The notes beneath the pieces are model-generated. The model was not told the origin of the DNA. It saw nothing but the letters and a program-made list of their open reading frames with translations, and made no database searches. The translations under genes were made by a program, and so were the position numbers. From NCBI GenBank assembly GCA_021404905.1, contig QWHN01000001.1, positions 66,162 through 130,161 on the forward strand: 64,000 nt of DNA, in the 5' to 3' direction. The stretch comes from Candidatus Saccharibacteria bacterium CPR2. GTDB lineage: Bacteria > Patescibacteriota > Saccharimonadia > Saccharimonadales > QWHN01. Of this stretch, positions 26,985 to 37,091 are shown one piece after another. How positions within the stretch are numbered: position 1 is the stretch's first letter; every line of letters begins with the position of its first letter.

Positions 26985-28769
26985 TTAATAATAAAACCAC
27001 CTCAAGATGCCTTTTATATTTGAGACGTCGCTGATTTTCTTTGGAGCACCACCGTCAATATTGATCACGTAATCGGCCGATTCTTGGTCGTTGCTCACAC
27101 GAAATACAATCATATCGTCGTAAATCCAATGAAGCGGTAATGTTAGCCCCGGTGCTTTGTGAACAATTTTTTCCTCGTTGCTATGCAAATCTTTAACTAT
27201 TAATACGCCTTTGCCATCTCTTTGCTCTACCCATGCGGTTTTACGGCTCTGAGGGCTGTTTGAAAAAATAAAACTGTTTAAGCCTCCTGGGGAGCCATCC
27301 AACTGCTGAGTCGTATTATCTTCAAGGTCATATTCGTGCCATTTGGAATCATTAGTTTGAAAAACAAGCTTATCGTAATTTGGATGAAATATGTTCCAAG
27401 TAACACGGTTAATCACGACTTGTTTTTGGACACCAGTTGGATCCACTCTAAAGAAATAGGGTTCGGGATTTTCTTTGAATGAATCTGATGTGGCATAAAA
27501 AATTTGCCCATGTGTAGCTAGCACATCATTAAAACTGTCAGTTGCTGCTATCACTTTAGATTCACCGGTTTTCGTATTATAACTAACCATTTGTTGGCGT
27601 TGAGGAAAATTACCACTATCAGCAGCGCCAACCCTTACATATATTAGATATTCATTTATCCAACCGACCAGTTCAATTCTTTCTGCTAGATCCAGCCAGT
27701 CAAGCTCCGCTTTTTCCAAGTCGACAAGATGCAGCCCGCTTAACAAATATCCGCTTTCATTATGATCACCATCTCTGGTTGAAACTAATGCTGCAAGATT
27801 ATTCCCAGGATTAACAGAAAACCTCAGATCATCTCGCTCATTTCCCGTTCCCTTTATGACAACCTGCTCATTTTTCCCGTCAAGATCACTGCGATAAATA
27901 TCAAACTTACCTTCTCTTTTTGATACGAAATATCTACTTGGAGACGCAACCATTTCAAATTTATTATCAATAATATTTGACTGGCCTATTTCGACTGTTT
28001 TAGTTAGATAATTATCTGCTATCAAATTAACCTTATATGGTTTGTCATCACTTGGCGGTGGGACTGTAAGCAAAATTAAGCCTTCCTGATTAGCAAACGC
28101 GCTATTTTCACCCGATTCTGCTTCAGCCTCAGTAATTACTTGGCCAGTTAACCAATCAAACAATCTAATATAAATTTGCACGCCAGTGGATTTTAAAGTT
28201 ACGGGATCGAAATTATTCTTTCCTAGCCCAACATTGATCTCGCGCGATACAGTTTCGTATCCAAGCTTCTCTATGGTGAGCGTTGATCTCCCCAGGCGAA
28301 GCTGGCTCAGGGCTGCGTTCCCGGATTCATCTGTTTCAGTACTTATTTCGCCTATTGAAATTTTGACTTTCTTCAATGGTTGATTTGAGTCTTTATCTGT
28401 AATAGCAATGCTTGCCTTTGCTTTCACGCCGACAGCATTAAGCAAGCCATACCTAACGACCGGAACCGCAAACAATACAACTGTAATAATAACTATTGCT
28501 GAGATAGTGCCATACCTAAGGATTTTATTATCCCAAAAAGCGCGCAATCTATTTTTTAACCTGGCTTTAAAAGTCAGCTTACCGACAATTGGCTCCATTT
28601 GCTCATCTTGATTTCTTAACATCTGGTCGCTATCAGATCTTTGAATATCATTGACAGCATTTACGGTATCATCATTTTGATTAGAATCGGGGCCCAAAGA
28701 CATTTGTTTTTGAGAATTATTACTATCACCGTCAATGGGATTTTGTGAATCTTTTTGTGTATTGTCCAT
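26985..28769 (-). CDS. membrane-anchored protein with Ig-like (carboxypeptidase-regulatory-like) domains and a TolB/PD40-like beta-propeller region
   Basis: 594 aa: disordered N-terminus, one TM segment, and FDIYRSDLDGKNEQ-type repeats. Confidence 0.55.
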   Translation of the reverse strand: MDNTQKDSQNPIDGDSNNSQKQMSLGPDSNQNDDTVNAVNDIQRSDSDQMLRNQDEQMEPIVGKLTFKARLKNRLRAFWDNKILRYGTISAIVIITVVLFAVPVVRYGLLNAVGVKAKASIAITDKDSNQPLKKVKISIGEISTETDESGNAALSQLRLGRSTLTIEKLGYETVSREINVGLGKNNFDPVTLKSTGVQIYIRLFDWLTGQVITEAEAESGENSAFANQEGLILLTVPPPSDDKPYKVNLIADNYLTKTVEIGQSNIIDNKFEMVASPSRYFVSKREGKFDIYRSDLDGKNEQVVIKGTGNERDDLRFSVNPGNNLAALVSTRDGDHNESGYLLSGLHLVDLEKAELDWLDLAERIELVGWINEYLIYVRVGAADSGNFPQRQQMVSYNTKTGESKVIAATDSFNDVLATHGQIFYATSDSFKENPEPYFFRVDPTGVQKQVVINRVTWNIFHPNYDKLVFQTNDSKWHEYDLEDNTTQQLDGSPGGLNSFIFSNSPQSRKTAWVEQRDGKGVLIVKDLHSNEEKIVHKAPGLTLPLHWIYDDMIVFRVSNDQESADYVINIDGGAPKKISDVSNIKGILRWFYY

Positions 28770-28818
28770 TTTTTTAATTACCTTATGCGGTAATTATACA
28801 TCATTTGCTAAATAGTGC

Positions 28819-30135
28819 TTATGGTGTTAATCGATTAATATCTCTGGGGAAAAGAATGGCTTCTTTAATATTATTTAACCCAGTAATTTTCTGAGTAAAT
28901 CTATCTATGCCGAAACCACACCCGCCGTGCGGAGGTAGACCATACTTAAACGCCTGCAAATAATAGCTGAATCCCGGATCTTCCGGATCTATGCCTTTTT
29001 CCCGCATCTGTTCAACCATTTTCTGATAATTATTCTCGCGCATTGGGCATGTAGCTATTTCCACTCCCCTGAAAAGCAGATCAGCTGACAATACAGTATT
29101 TGGATTTTCAGGATTAATTTTTTGATAGAATTTATGGGTTTCTATCGGAAAATCGGTCACGAAAACTGCTTCGCAACCATCATTTTTCTTTGCCCAGTCA
29201 CATATCCATCGTTCTTCATCAGGGAATAAATCTTTTTCTCCAGTTGTGTTATTGCCAGTTGCTTTTGAATAAAGCTCGTGTATTTGAGTAACGGAATAAC
29301 GTGGAAAGTTATCCGTCAAGATCAATTCCGGCGCATTTAAACTGCGAAGTTCTTCAGAACATTCTTCATATATTTTTCTTAAAACCGAGCTTGTAAGATC
29401 TTGCACTAAATTCAGTACATCTTCATGAGACTCAATAAAACCCATTTCGATATCCAGCATAGTAACTTCGCAGACATGTCGTGTCGTGGCACTAAGCTCA
29501 GCTCTGAAAGCCGGACCAATTTCATAAACTCTTTCGTATACACCCACCATAATCTGCTTATATAGTTGCGGGCTCTGCGCCAAAGTCGCTTCTTTGCCAA
29601 AATAGTCAAATTTAAATACTTCTGCGCCGCCCTCAGCAGCACCCCCTACAATTTTTGGAGACTGAATTTCAGTAAAATCATTCTTGTTGAGAAAATCGCG
29701 AATATACTGCAGGATCTTGGATCTAATCCTAAAAATTTTTGTTTCTTGCAGGTTGCGCAGCCCGATTACACGATTCTCAAAAAGAGTATCAAGATTTTCG
29801 GGCTTATGGCTTAACGGTTTATCTATTTCGATAGGGGGTTCATCTGTAACCGGCGATAGAACATTTATCTTAGGGCTATGGATTTCGCTTCCTCCGGGAG
29901 CTCGATCATCTTCAACAACAAAGCCCGATATTTCAACAACTGTTCCGATTTGCATACCCCTTAATTTTTCCAGCTCTTTTTTCTCCTCAACCAACATCTG
30001 GACTAACCCGCTGCGGTCACGAACTAATAGAAAATTCAGTCCGCCAAGCTGACGCTTTTTATGTAACCATCCATAAATAGTGACTTCTTCCCCAACTTTT
30101 TTAGAGACGTCTTTTAAAAGTGTTCTATTTTTCAT
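28819..30135 (-). CDS. aspS: aspartate--tRNA ligase, archaeal/eukaryotic type (class IIb)
   Basis: 438 aa with an OB-fold N-terminus, LAQSPQLYKQ, FRAELSATTRHVCEVTMLDIEM (motif 2) and GCGFGIDR (motif 3). Confidence 0.85.
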   Translation of the reverse strand: MKNRTLLKDVSKKVGEEVTIYGWLHKKRQLGGLNFLLVRDRSGLVQMLVEEKKELEKLRGMQIGTVVEISGFVVEDDRAPGGSEIHSPKINVLSPVTDEPPIEIDKPLSHKPENLDTLFENRVIGLRNLQETKIFRIRSKILQYIRDFLNKNDFTEIQSPKIVGGAAEGGAEVFKFDYFGKEATLAQSPQLYKQIMVGVYERVYEIGPAFRAELSATTRHVCEVTMLDIEMGFIESHEDVLNLVQDLTSSVLRKIYEECSEELRSLNAPELILTDNFPRYSVTQIHELYSKATGNNTTGEKDLFPDEERWICDWAKKNDGCEAVFVTDFPIETHKFYQKINPENPNTVLSADLLFRGVEIATCPMRENNYQKMVEQMREKGIDPEDPGFSYYLQAFKYGLPPHGGCGFGIDRFTQKITGLNNIKEAILFPRDINRLTP

Positions 30136-31156
30136 AAGAATTTTCTTTATGATTATTATTCCTAGTTAGTGTAGCAACTATGGAACGGTTGTCATAATCT
30201 TTAAAAATGTCACTAGGTTGTCTGTCCATAATTTCTTCCACTATGTCCCTAAGTGTCACTACGCCAACAGTCCTCTCTTTTTTATCTATAACAATAAATA
30301 AATATTGTTTTGCGTCAAGAAATGCAGCTAGTGCTTCAGTTAAGGGTTGGTCCTGGTTTAAGTATTTTACATGATACGCACTGACTAAATCCCTCGCTTT
30401 TTGGGTAGTTTTTAAGCCGACGCAATCCTCCAGGGAAAGAATACCTACAATATTATCTAGACTATGCCTGTATACAGGAAATTTGGAATGGCCACTATCG
30501 TGAAGTTCTTTTAAAACTACGGGGCCGATGATCTCACTTTCTTTAACTGTTTCGATCGCGCTTTTTGGCGTCATAACATCTTTTACTTTTTTATCTTTAA
30601 AGCTCAGGCTGTGTTTGATGAGGCTGAGCTCCTGTTCGTCAATATCACTCTCATCGGCAATTTCGTGTTCATCAAGTACTTTATAAAGTTCTTCTTTTGA
30701 ATAAATTTTTACTTTTTCTTCGCCAACCAGCTTATCCAGATATAATGCAAGCGGCACGGAAATGGGCTTGAGAGCTTTCATAATAATAGATAAAGTTGGA
30801 GCGAGTTTTGCCCCTACTTGTAGGCCATGTTTCTTTAAAAACGCTTGAGGCAGTACTTCGGCAAAAATTGTTATCAAAATTGTCACTACAACTATTGTTA
30901 TTGGTCCGAAAAGCCACATGTCCAGAAAAACAGCCAATGTAGAATTAAGCAGAGCGTTGCATATAATTAAGGTTACTAGAAGTTCATGACCTCTAATTCG
31001 AAGCGGATAGACTAGCGCTGCTTGCTTATTTCCGAGTTCTTTTTTACGTTTTAGCTCGAAGGGGCTTATCGACATTAAACCCAACGTAAGTCCAGAAAAT
31101 AAACCCGATAAACTCAATATGATTATAGAGACTGTTACAATGAATGCTGTTTGCAT
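30125..31156 (-). CDS. CNNM/DUF21 transmembrane domain + CBS-pair protein
   Basis: LFSGLTLGLMSISPFEL.. DUF21 N-terminus followed by a tandem CBS region. There is no CorC C-terminal domain. Confidence 0.8.
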   Translation of the reverse strand: MQTAFIVTVSIIILSLSGLFSGLTLGLMSISPFELKRKKELGNKQAALVYPLRIRGHELLVTLIICNALLNSTLAVFLDMWLFGPITIVVVTILITIFAEVLPQAFLKKHGLQVGAKLAPTLSIIMKALKPISVPLALYLDKLVGEEKVKIYSKEELYKVLDEHEIADESDIDEQELSLIKHSLSFKDKKVKDVMTPKSAIETVKESEIIGPVVLKELHDSGHSKFPVYRHSLDNIVGILSLEDCVGLKTTQKARDLVSAYHVKYLNQDQPLTEALAAFLDAKQYLFIVIDKKERTVGVVTLRDIVEEIMDRQPSDIFKDYDNRSIVATLTRNNNHKENSYEK

Positions 31157-31237
31157 AAGACTAATTCTTAAGTCATTTACGTTTATCGTATTTGTACGTT
31201 ATGATAATAACACTTATAGAGAAAATTAGAGGAGCGT

Positions 31238-31906
31238 ATGGGTAAAAATTTTTGGATAATACTTACTGTTTGCGTTTTATTGCTTGTTGGGATATTTGTC
31301 GTTGCAAGCAAACAAGAAGACGAAAAAAAATCCGACAACCCATCCTACACAGAATTTATTAATGAACCGTTGGTTGTCCGAGAAAATGACCACAAAAGGG
31401 GCGCCTCGCAACCTAAAGTCACATTAATAGAGTTCGCCGATTTTCAATGTCCCGCATGTGGAAGTTTTTATCCGATATTAAAGCAACTGGAGAGTGATTT
31501 TCCTCAGGATTTACAGATGGTATTCAGGCACTTTCCTTTAACTAACATTCATCCAAATGCAATGTCCGCGCATAGAGCAGCCGAAGCAGCAGCAAAACAA
31601 GGCAAGTTTTTTGAGATGCATGATCTACTGTATGAGAACCAACAGCAATGGTCTGAATCGAGTTCTACCCAATTAGTTTTTGAAGCTTTCGCTAAACAGT
31701 TAGGGCTGAATGAAGAGCAGTTTAAGCAAGATCTTTCTAACGAAGATGCTTTTAATTTTATAAGTGCCCAAAGTGATGGCGGCAGGAAACTTGGGTTATC
31801 GGGTACTCCATCTTTTTATATCAACGGCGAAAGAATAGAGAATGATAAAATCAGTTCGTACGAAGATTTTAAGAGACTAATAGAAGAAAAAACCCAAAAT
31901 CAATAA
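31238..31906 (+). CDS. DsbA-family thiol:disulfide oxidoreductase (membrane anchored)
   Basis: FADFQCPACGSF CxxC thioredoxin motif and an N-terminal TM segment. Confidence 0.85.
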   Translation: MGKNFWIILTVCVLLLVGIFVVASKQEDEKKSDNPSYTEFINEPLVVRENDHKRGASQPKVTLIEFADFQCPACGSFYPILKQLESDFPQDLQMVFRHFPLTNIHPNAMSAHRAAEAAAKQGKFFEMHDLLYENQQQWSESSSTQLVFEAFAKQLGLNEEQFKQDLSNEDAFNFISAQSDGGRKLGLSGTPSFYINGERIENDKISSYEDFKRLIEEKTQNQ

Positions 31907-31909
31907 CAA

Positions 31910-32839
31910 TTAAAGCCAGTCTTTTCTTCTAAAAATCCAAAGTAAAAGAATACTAACTGATAGCGAAAAGGTTATCACGAAAAAGAAAGCGAATTTGGTC
32001 TCATCAAATGGCAAATCCACATTCATTCCATAAATACTGGATATTAAAGTAGGAATAGCTATAACAGCGGTTATGACTGTTAAAACTCTAATTACATAGT
32101 TTAGATTATTCGACATAATTGTAGAGTATGCTTCGCGTATGTTAACTATAGTTTTCAAACTGGAACGACAGCTTTCAATTGATTGTTCGTTGTTTAGTAA
32201 TAAATCCTCGACAATGTCTTGGTCGCTTTCATAGAGTCGAACATATTTGCCAAGAAGCAATCGCCTGAAAATAGCATTTGTTGGTACCAAAGCAGAGAGA
32301 AACTCATTTAGTTCGTCTTCTATTAATACAAAATTAACAAAATCCTGATTGCGAATTTCTTCAACCCGAAGACGGGAACGAATATTTTTTATATGACGGC
32401 TGACACTGTTTAAATATATTTCATATTGATCCACAATTTGATCCATGATTTGCAGGACAAGTTTGGTTCTTTGAGTCGTCGTGAAATCAATCTTTCCCTC
32501 AATGAATCGCTCCAGCCTCGGGATGGTGTTTAAAGATATTGTTATTAGAATATCCGGCCCAATTATAAATAAAAGCGGCATAGTGGAAATTTGCATATCA
32601 TCTTTAGTATTGGCGTATCTGGTGAATAAATATGTCAGTTCGCCTTCTTTTTCAAGACGAGGCATTTCATCTTCGTCGCGGGCATCATCAATGTGCCCGG
32701 GATCCAATTTAAATTTATTGACCAACATAGCTATCTCAGCATCATTGGGATTTTCAACATAAACCCAGGCGCCTTGTTTATAATCATCAAGCTCAACCAA
32801 TTTTTTACTACGGATATTCTTATAAAAATACCTAATCAT
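31910..32839 (-). CDS. corA: CorA family magnesium/cobalt transporter
   Basis: YGMNV signature (SIYGMNVDLPF) between two C-terminal TM segments. Confidence 0.9.
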   Translation of the reverse strand: MIRYFYKNIRSKKLVELDDYKQGAWVYVENPNDAEIAMLVNKFKLDPGHIDDARDEDEMPRLEKEGELTYLFTRYANTKDDMQISTMPLLFIIGPDILITISLNTIPRLERFIEGKIDFTTTQRTKLVLQIMDQIVDQYEIYLNSVSRHIKNIRSRLRVEEIRNQDFVNFVLIEDELNEFLSALVPTNAIFRRLLLGKYVRLYESDQDIVEDLLLNNEQSIESCRSSLKTIVNIREAYSTIMSNNLNYVIRVLTVITAVIAIPTLISSIYGMNVDLPFDETKFAFFFVITFSLSVSILLLWIFRRKDWL

Positions 32840-32957
32840 AGCTCTTTTCCTTATAGCATAAGTTTACATGACTTTTCATTGATCAGTAACCACAATTTTA
32901 ATCGTTGGCCCAAGCATGCATAAGCACTATGTTATAATCTGTTAGAAAACCAAATAC

Positions 32958-34655
32958 ATGGAACAAAGTATTTTTTCTGAAATTAGTGTAATTGTGGCGA
33001 TTGGCGCTGGTATTGCCGCTGTTATGTATGCGTTGCGCCAACCTTTAATTATCAGCTACATAATCACCGGGATATTGGTAGGACCATCTGTTTTTAATAT
33101 AGTTAAATCTCAAGACACCATAGAGACCTTTGCGAATATTGGTATAGTGCTGCTTTTGTTTATTGTAGGGCTGGGGCTGAATCCGCGTTTTATTAAAGAA
33201 ATTGGAAAGGCAGCTGTACTTACTGGATTGGGCCAAGTGCTCATCACTATGGGAGTAGGCTATTTGATCGCACGCAATTTTGTCGATAGTAACGTAGAGG
33301 CTATTTATGTCTCAACTGCTCTGGCTTTCAGTAGTACAATAATTGTTCTTAAATTACTTAACGACAAAAAAGAACAAAGTCGTCTCTATGGCAAAATAGC
33401 CATTGGGTTTTTACTTGTTCAAGACATACTTGCAACCATAGCTCTATTGATATCAGCCGCATCAGGAGATGGTAGCGGCCTTGCGAAAGGTGATTTGATG
33501 TTTCTGGGGTTCAAGGGTTTGGTGCTAACCGTGTTCTTAATTAGCGCTTCTATTAGAGTCTTGCCCGCATTGATGCCATTTGTTAGTAAATCTCAGGAAT
33601 TTTTATTTCTTTTTTCCGTAGCGTGGGGTCTTGGAATCGCCGCTCTAACAGCTGAGCTTGGTTTCTCACTCGAAGTCGGTGCGCTATTTGCCGGAGTAAC
33701 TCTGGCATCTTTGCCGTATGCGCAGGAAGTGGCATCAAGATTAAGGCCTTTGCGTGACTTTTTTATCGTATTGTTCTTTATTTCTCTTGGAGCGCATTTG
33801 GGAATAGATAACTTTGGCAGCGTCTTGCCAGTGGCGCTCTTACTTTCAGCTTTTGTCCTGATTGGCAACCCAATAATTGTTATGTTTATTATGGGTATGC
33901 TGGGTTATACCAAGAAAACTAGTTTTAAAGCTGGTTTGGCAGTTGCCCAGATTAGTGAATTTTCACTCATACTGGTAATTTTAGGCAACCGGTACGGGCA
34001 AGTTTCCAATGAAACAATAGCTTTGGTTACAATCATTGCTTTGGTCACGATCGCTATTTCAACCTACATGATCATATATTCAGAGAAGCTTTATAAGGTA
34101 ATTGAGAAATATTTAAAATTATTTGAACGTAAGAAAATTCGATACGAACAAAGCCCGCACAGTAAGTTCAAAGTTATATTGTTTGGTTATAAAAAGGGTG
34201 GAATAGAGTTTATCAGGCTATTTAAAAATCTCCATCACAGATTTGTAATTGTTGATTACGACCCTGATGTTATAGACCAACTCGAACATCAAAACCAACA
34301 CTATGTGTTTGGCGATGCCACAGACGTTGAATTGTTAAATGAGATCGGCGTGGGAGAATCTAATGTTGTAGCTTCAGTAATTACTGATTTTTACACAAAT
34401 AAGTTTTTAGTAGAACACATCCACGGTATCAATCCAAAAGCTGTAATAATAAGTCGAGCGGAAAACGCAAAAGAAGCCAGAGAACTTTATTCATTGGGCG
34501 CGTCTTACGTAATGCTTCCTCATTACTTAAGCGCGGAAAGAATTATGGCTTTTATTAAGAAAAACGGTTTTAAGAAATCGCAGTTTAACAAACTACGTCA
34601 AAAACATTTAGAATATCTAGAAAATAACAAGCAAGAACTTGAACCTTCCAGGTAA
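32958..34655 (+). CDS. cation:proton antiporter (CPA2/Kef-type) with C-terminal RCK/TrkA-N domain
   Basis: About 12 TM segments followed by a KVILFGYKKGG Rossmann-like RCK domain. Confidence 0.85.
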   Translation: MEQSIFSEISVIVAIGAGIAAVMYALRQPLIISYIITGILVGPSVFNIVKSQDTIETFANIGIVLLLFIVGLGLNPRFIKEIGKAAVLTGLGQVLITMGVGYLIARNFVDSNVEAIYVSTALAFSSTIIVLKLLNDKKEQSRLYGKIAIGFLLVQDILATIALLISAASGDGSGLAKGDLMFLGFKGLVLTVFLISASIRVLPALMPFVSKSQEFLFLFSVAWGLGIAALTAELGFSLEVGALFAGVTLASLPYAQEVASRLRPLRDFFIVLFFISLGAHLGIDNFGSVLPVALLLSAFVLIGNPIIVMFIMGMLGYTKKTSFKAGLAVAQISEFSLILVILGNRYGQVSNETIALVTIIALVTIAISTYMIIYSEKLYKVIEKYLKLFERKKIRYEQSPHSKFKVILFGYKKGGIEFIRLFKNLHHRFVIVDYDPDVIDQLEHQNQHYVFGDATDVELLNEIGVGESNVVASVITDFYTNKFLVEHIHGINPKAVIISRAENAKEARELYSLGASYVMLPHYLSAERIMAFIKKNGFKKSQFNKLRQKHLEYLENNKQELEPSR

Positions 34656-34663
34656 GTTATAAG

Positions 34664-35236
34664 TCAAATATATAGTTTATTGTTTTTTATATATCCGCCT
34701 ACCTCTTTAGCAACGTACTTACAGGCTGCGTCTTGTTTGATTTGTTCCCTTACTTTTGTAGAACTAACATCTGGATAAACTTTGGGCACAAACTTTACTC
34801 TTAGTTTTGTATCAATATTGTTGATTTTTGTTTTTTCATAATCATCAACTGCTACGATAAATGCAATCTGCTTGGCCAAACTATTTATATCACGCCATTT
34901 GTGAATATTGCCAAACACGTCGTTTCCCAGGATTAGTTTAAGATCTACGGCGTTATTTTTCTTAAAGATTGGGATTATCTCGCTTGCAGTATGATAATCC
35001 CCTTTTATTAATTTGAGTTTTTGAGTTGGTACGAGTAAATACGGGTTGTGTTTTGTTGCCAGCAGCGCCATAGCCAGCCTTTTTTCATACATTGACACGT
35101 TTGGTTTATATCTTGGCCTGCGTTCAGGAAGTATGTAAACTAAATCACAAATTTTTCGTTTAATAATTTCTTTAGCCAAAGCAATGTGGCCATTGTGTAT
35201 AGGGTCAAATGTTCCGCTGAATAATCCTAGTTTCAT
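34664..35236 (-). CDS. nadD: nicotinate-nucleotide adenylyltransferase
   Basis: MKLGLFSGTFDPIHNGH (HxGH) motif. ATG 35234-35236 overlaps the upstream stop in a TAATG arrangement. The track ORF extends to 35269. Confidence 0.85.
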   Translation of the reverse strand: MKLGLFSGTFDPIHNGHIALAKEIIKRKICDLVYILPERRPRYKPNVSMYEKRLAMALLATKHNPYLLVPTQKLKLIKGDYHTASEIIPIFKKNNAVDLKLILGNDVFGNIHKWRDINSLAKQIAFIVAVDDYEKTKINNIDTKLRVKFVPKVYPDVSSTKVREQIKQDAACKYVAKEVGGYIKNNKLYI

Positions 35237-36429
35237 TATCTGTTCACCTCTTTCTCGCAACTTGGGCATTTAATTTTTTTAGGCGTAACTATTGCATCTA
35301 CAGTATTTTTACAAAACGGGCAGGTTACGCATTTCATTGTGTTTGAAGAATTCTCAAAATTTGTTTCGCCTTCCTCTGCTATTCTCATACCGCAAACAAT
35401 AATTTCTGCTTTAGCCATGGCAGATTCATATAATTCTATAGCATGTGAAATTTGCCCCCTGTCCATATGGGCTTTAGCCAGTTTCAGGTAATCACTGGCT
35501 GGATTTCCAAGCGCGTAATTCGCATACTCTGGTTGGTTGAGGCAGATTGCACCAATGGTATTTAATAGATATTTTTCATATTCTTTGAAGGCTTTAATCC
35601 CATTTGGATAAAGACGGGCGATATTTATCAACTGATCAGCCATCACTATTATTTCAGATTTCACCTTTTCTTCGCGATATTTTGATATAGCTCTTACATT
35701 TTCATGAGTAACGCTAAAATTATTATTTTCACTTCCAAATAATACATTTTTTTCCGTTAGTTTATCTAAAATTCGCGCGGCTTCCTCTACTTTGTTTATT
35801 TGATTCTTATCAACTAACATTGGCGCGCTTAACACTTCTAGATGCGTAGGGTTGGCACCAAGGTCATAGCCCATTGCATTATAAAATCTCGCGAAAAGCT
35901 GATTGTCGCTACCGCTCATATTCAGCTCTTCTGTTTTCCTGTCACCAAAATCATCTACCTCAACCCAGCGTAATTTATATTTACGATTATCTGGACGATA
36001 ACCATTATTTTTTGCGTCAAAATCAGACATTTCTTCAGGATACGGCGAAATTGTCAGTAGCGCGTGTCCTTTCAACCTGCCTGTTTTGTATAAATCTTCT
36101 ATTAACTCTTCTTCTTTTTGCTCAATGCGCCTGCGCTGAATTTCGACTGGGTGCTGGGCTGTATAAATCCCAGATTGTAACATATCTCGATACAAAACTC
36201 CGCCTATTTCAAAACCCTCATTTACTGGATTCCAACTGGATTCTATAACGGATAAATGACCATGTGATGTTAGCGCTTCAAAAATGGCCGTTCGGGCATC
36301 ATCAACAACATACCTATATCTTTCCGGAGTCGGCTTTTCTAAAAAACTTCGAGCAGAACCAAGAGCATCATGAACCTGAAGTTCTTTTAAATCGCCTTCT
36401 TGTTCCAAAACTGGGAGTCTACCCTCCAA
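35236..36429 (-). CDS. hypothetical protein with C-terminal zinc ribbon, translationally coupled to nadD
   Basis: 397 aa with CVTCPFC..x..CPSC at the C-terminus. TTG start, with AAGGAG 7 nt upstream. Confidence 0.65.
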   Translation of the reverse strand: MEGRLPVLEQEGDLKELQVHDALGSARSFLEKPTPERYRYVVDDARTAIFEALTSHGHLSVIESSWNPVNEGFEIGGVLYRDMLQSGIYTAQHPVEIQRRRIEQKEEELIEDLYKTGRLKGHALLTISPYPEEMSDFDAKNNGYRPDNRKYKLRWVEVDDFGDRKTEELNMSGSDNQLFARFYNAMGYDLGANPTHLEVLSAPMLVDKNQINKVEEAARILDKLTEKNVLFGSENNNFSVTHENVRAISKYREEKVKSEIIVMADQLINIARLYPNGIKAFKEYEKYLLNTIGAICLNQPEYANYALGNPASDYLKLAKAHMDRGQISHAIELYESAMAKAEIIVCGMRIAEEGETNFENSSNTMKCVTCPFCKNTVDAIVTPKKIKCPSCEKEVNR

Positions 36430-36702
36430 AATAAAACTCCTTTCCCAAGCGAGAAAGGAGCAATGCTATTCAAGTGCATAACAAGTCCCTGCTCGGGGAA
36501 AATCTCTAAGTCAATGTATCTGGCTTATCCAACTACTTTTGCCCTTCAACTTTTCTCAGAAGGGTAATTTCATCGAATTTACAGTTGCGGCACAGCGCAC
36601 GAATCCCCTAGAATGCTCCACAACACTATAATGCGAAGCAGGGTCACGTGACTTCCATTGAAATAGAGTTAATTTGTTAACTAACGTAGCTCGATTATAA
36701 CA
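36430..36702 (-). promoter_or_regulatory. long structured 5' leader (~260 nt) with extended -10 promoter and SD-sequestering hairpin/attenuator
   Basis: TGTTATAAT (reverse complement of 36694-36702). Long-range pairings CCCTGCT/AGCAGGG and GGGGA/TCCCC. Hairpin CCCTTC..GAAGGG. Terminal hairpin CTCCTTTC-tcgcttgg-GAAAGGAG, whose 3' arm contains the SD, followed by TTTTATTTT. Confidence 0.45.
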
Positions 36703-36724
36703 AAATTGTTTTGAAAATTATTAT

Positions 36725-37090
36725 CTATTTAAGAGTTGCTAGGGAAACTCCAACTATCAAAATCACTATACCCAATAGATTGACGGTACTGATGGAGTCT
36801 CCAAAAATCTTCCAGCCAACCGTCAGCATTAAGATTAGGGTCAACGGTATGGTAATCAATTGAATTGAACTTAGCTGGTACTTACTCAACATCCACATAT
36901 TAAGAATCGTGGCGCTAAGATAAAATACAATGCCCAGTATCAATGAAGGCGAAGTTAAAAATAATAGTATCTTCTTGCTGAATATAAAATCACTCGTTAG
37001 TGAGAAATGGTTTTTTTCGACAGCGACCTTCCAGAAAGCCTGCCCCAGCACAAGTTGCAAGGCAAAAATTAGCCCGTAAATATAGATCAT
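36725..37090 (-). CDS. small 4-TM EamA/SMR-like (DMT superfamily) membrane protein
   Basis: 122 aa from ATG 37090 (MIYIYGLIFALQ..), 1 nt after the upstream stop. The track's longer ORF (to 37243) would overlap the upstream gene. Confidence 0.6.
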   Translation of the reverse strand: MIYIYGLIFALQLVLGQAFWKVAVEKNHFSLTSDFIFSKKILLFLTSPSLILGIVFYLSATILNMWMLSKYQLSSIQLITIPLTLILMLTVGWKIFGDSISTVNLLGIVILIVGVSLATLK

Positions 37091-37091
37091 A

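Noticed and set aside
36430-36702. Leader region considered as a stand-alone SRP, 6S or RNase P RNA gene.
   Set aside because: It lacks the conserved SRP domain IV motifs and GNAR loop, the RNase P P4 sequence (GAGGAAAGUCC..), and a 6S-type end-to-end helix with central bubble. It ends in the SD of the next ORF, so a cis-acting leader is more parsimonious.
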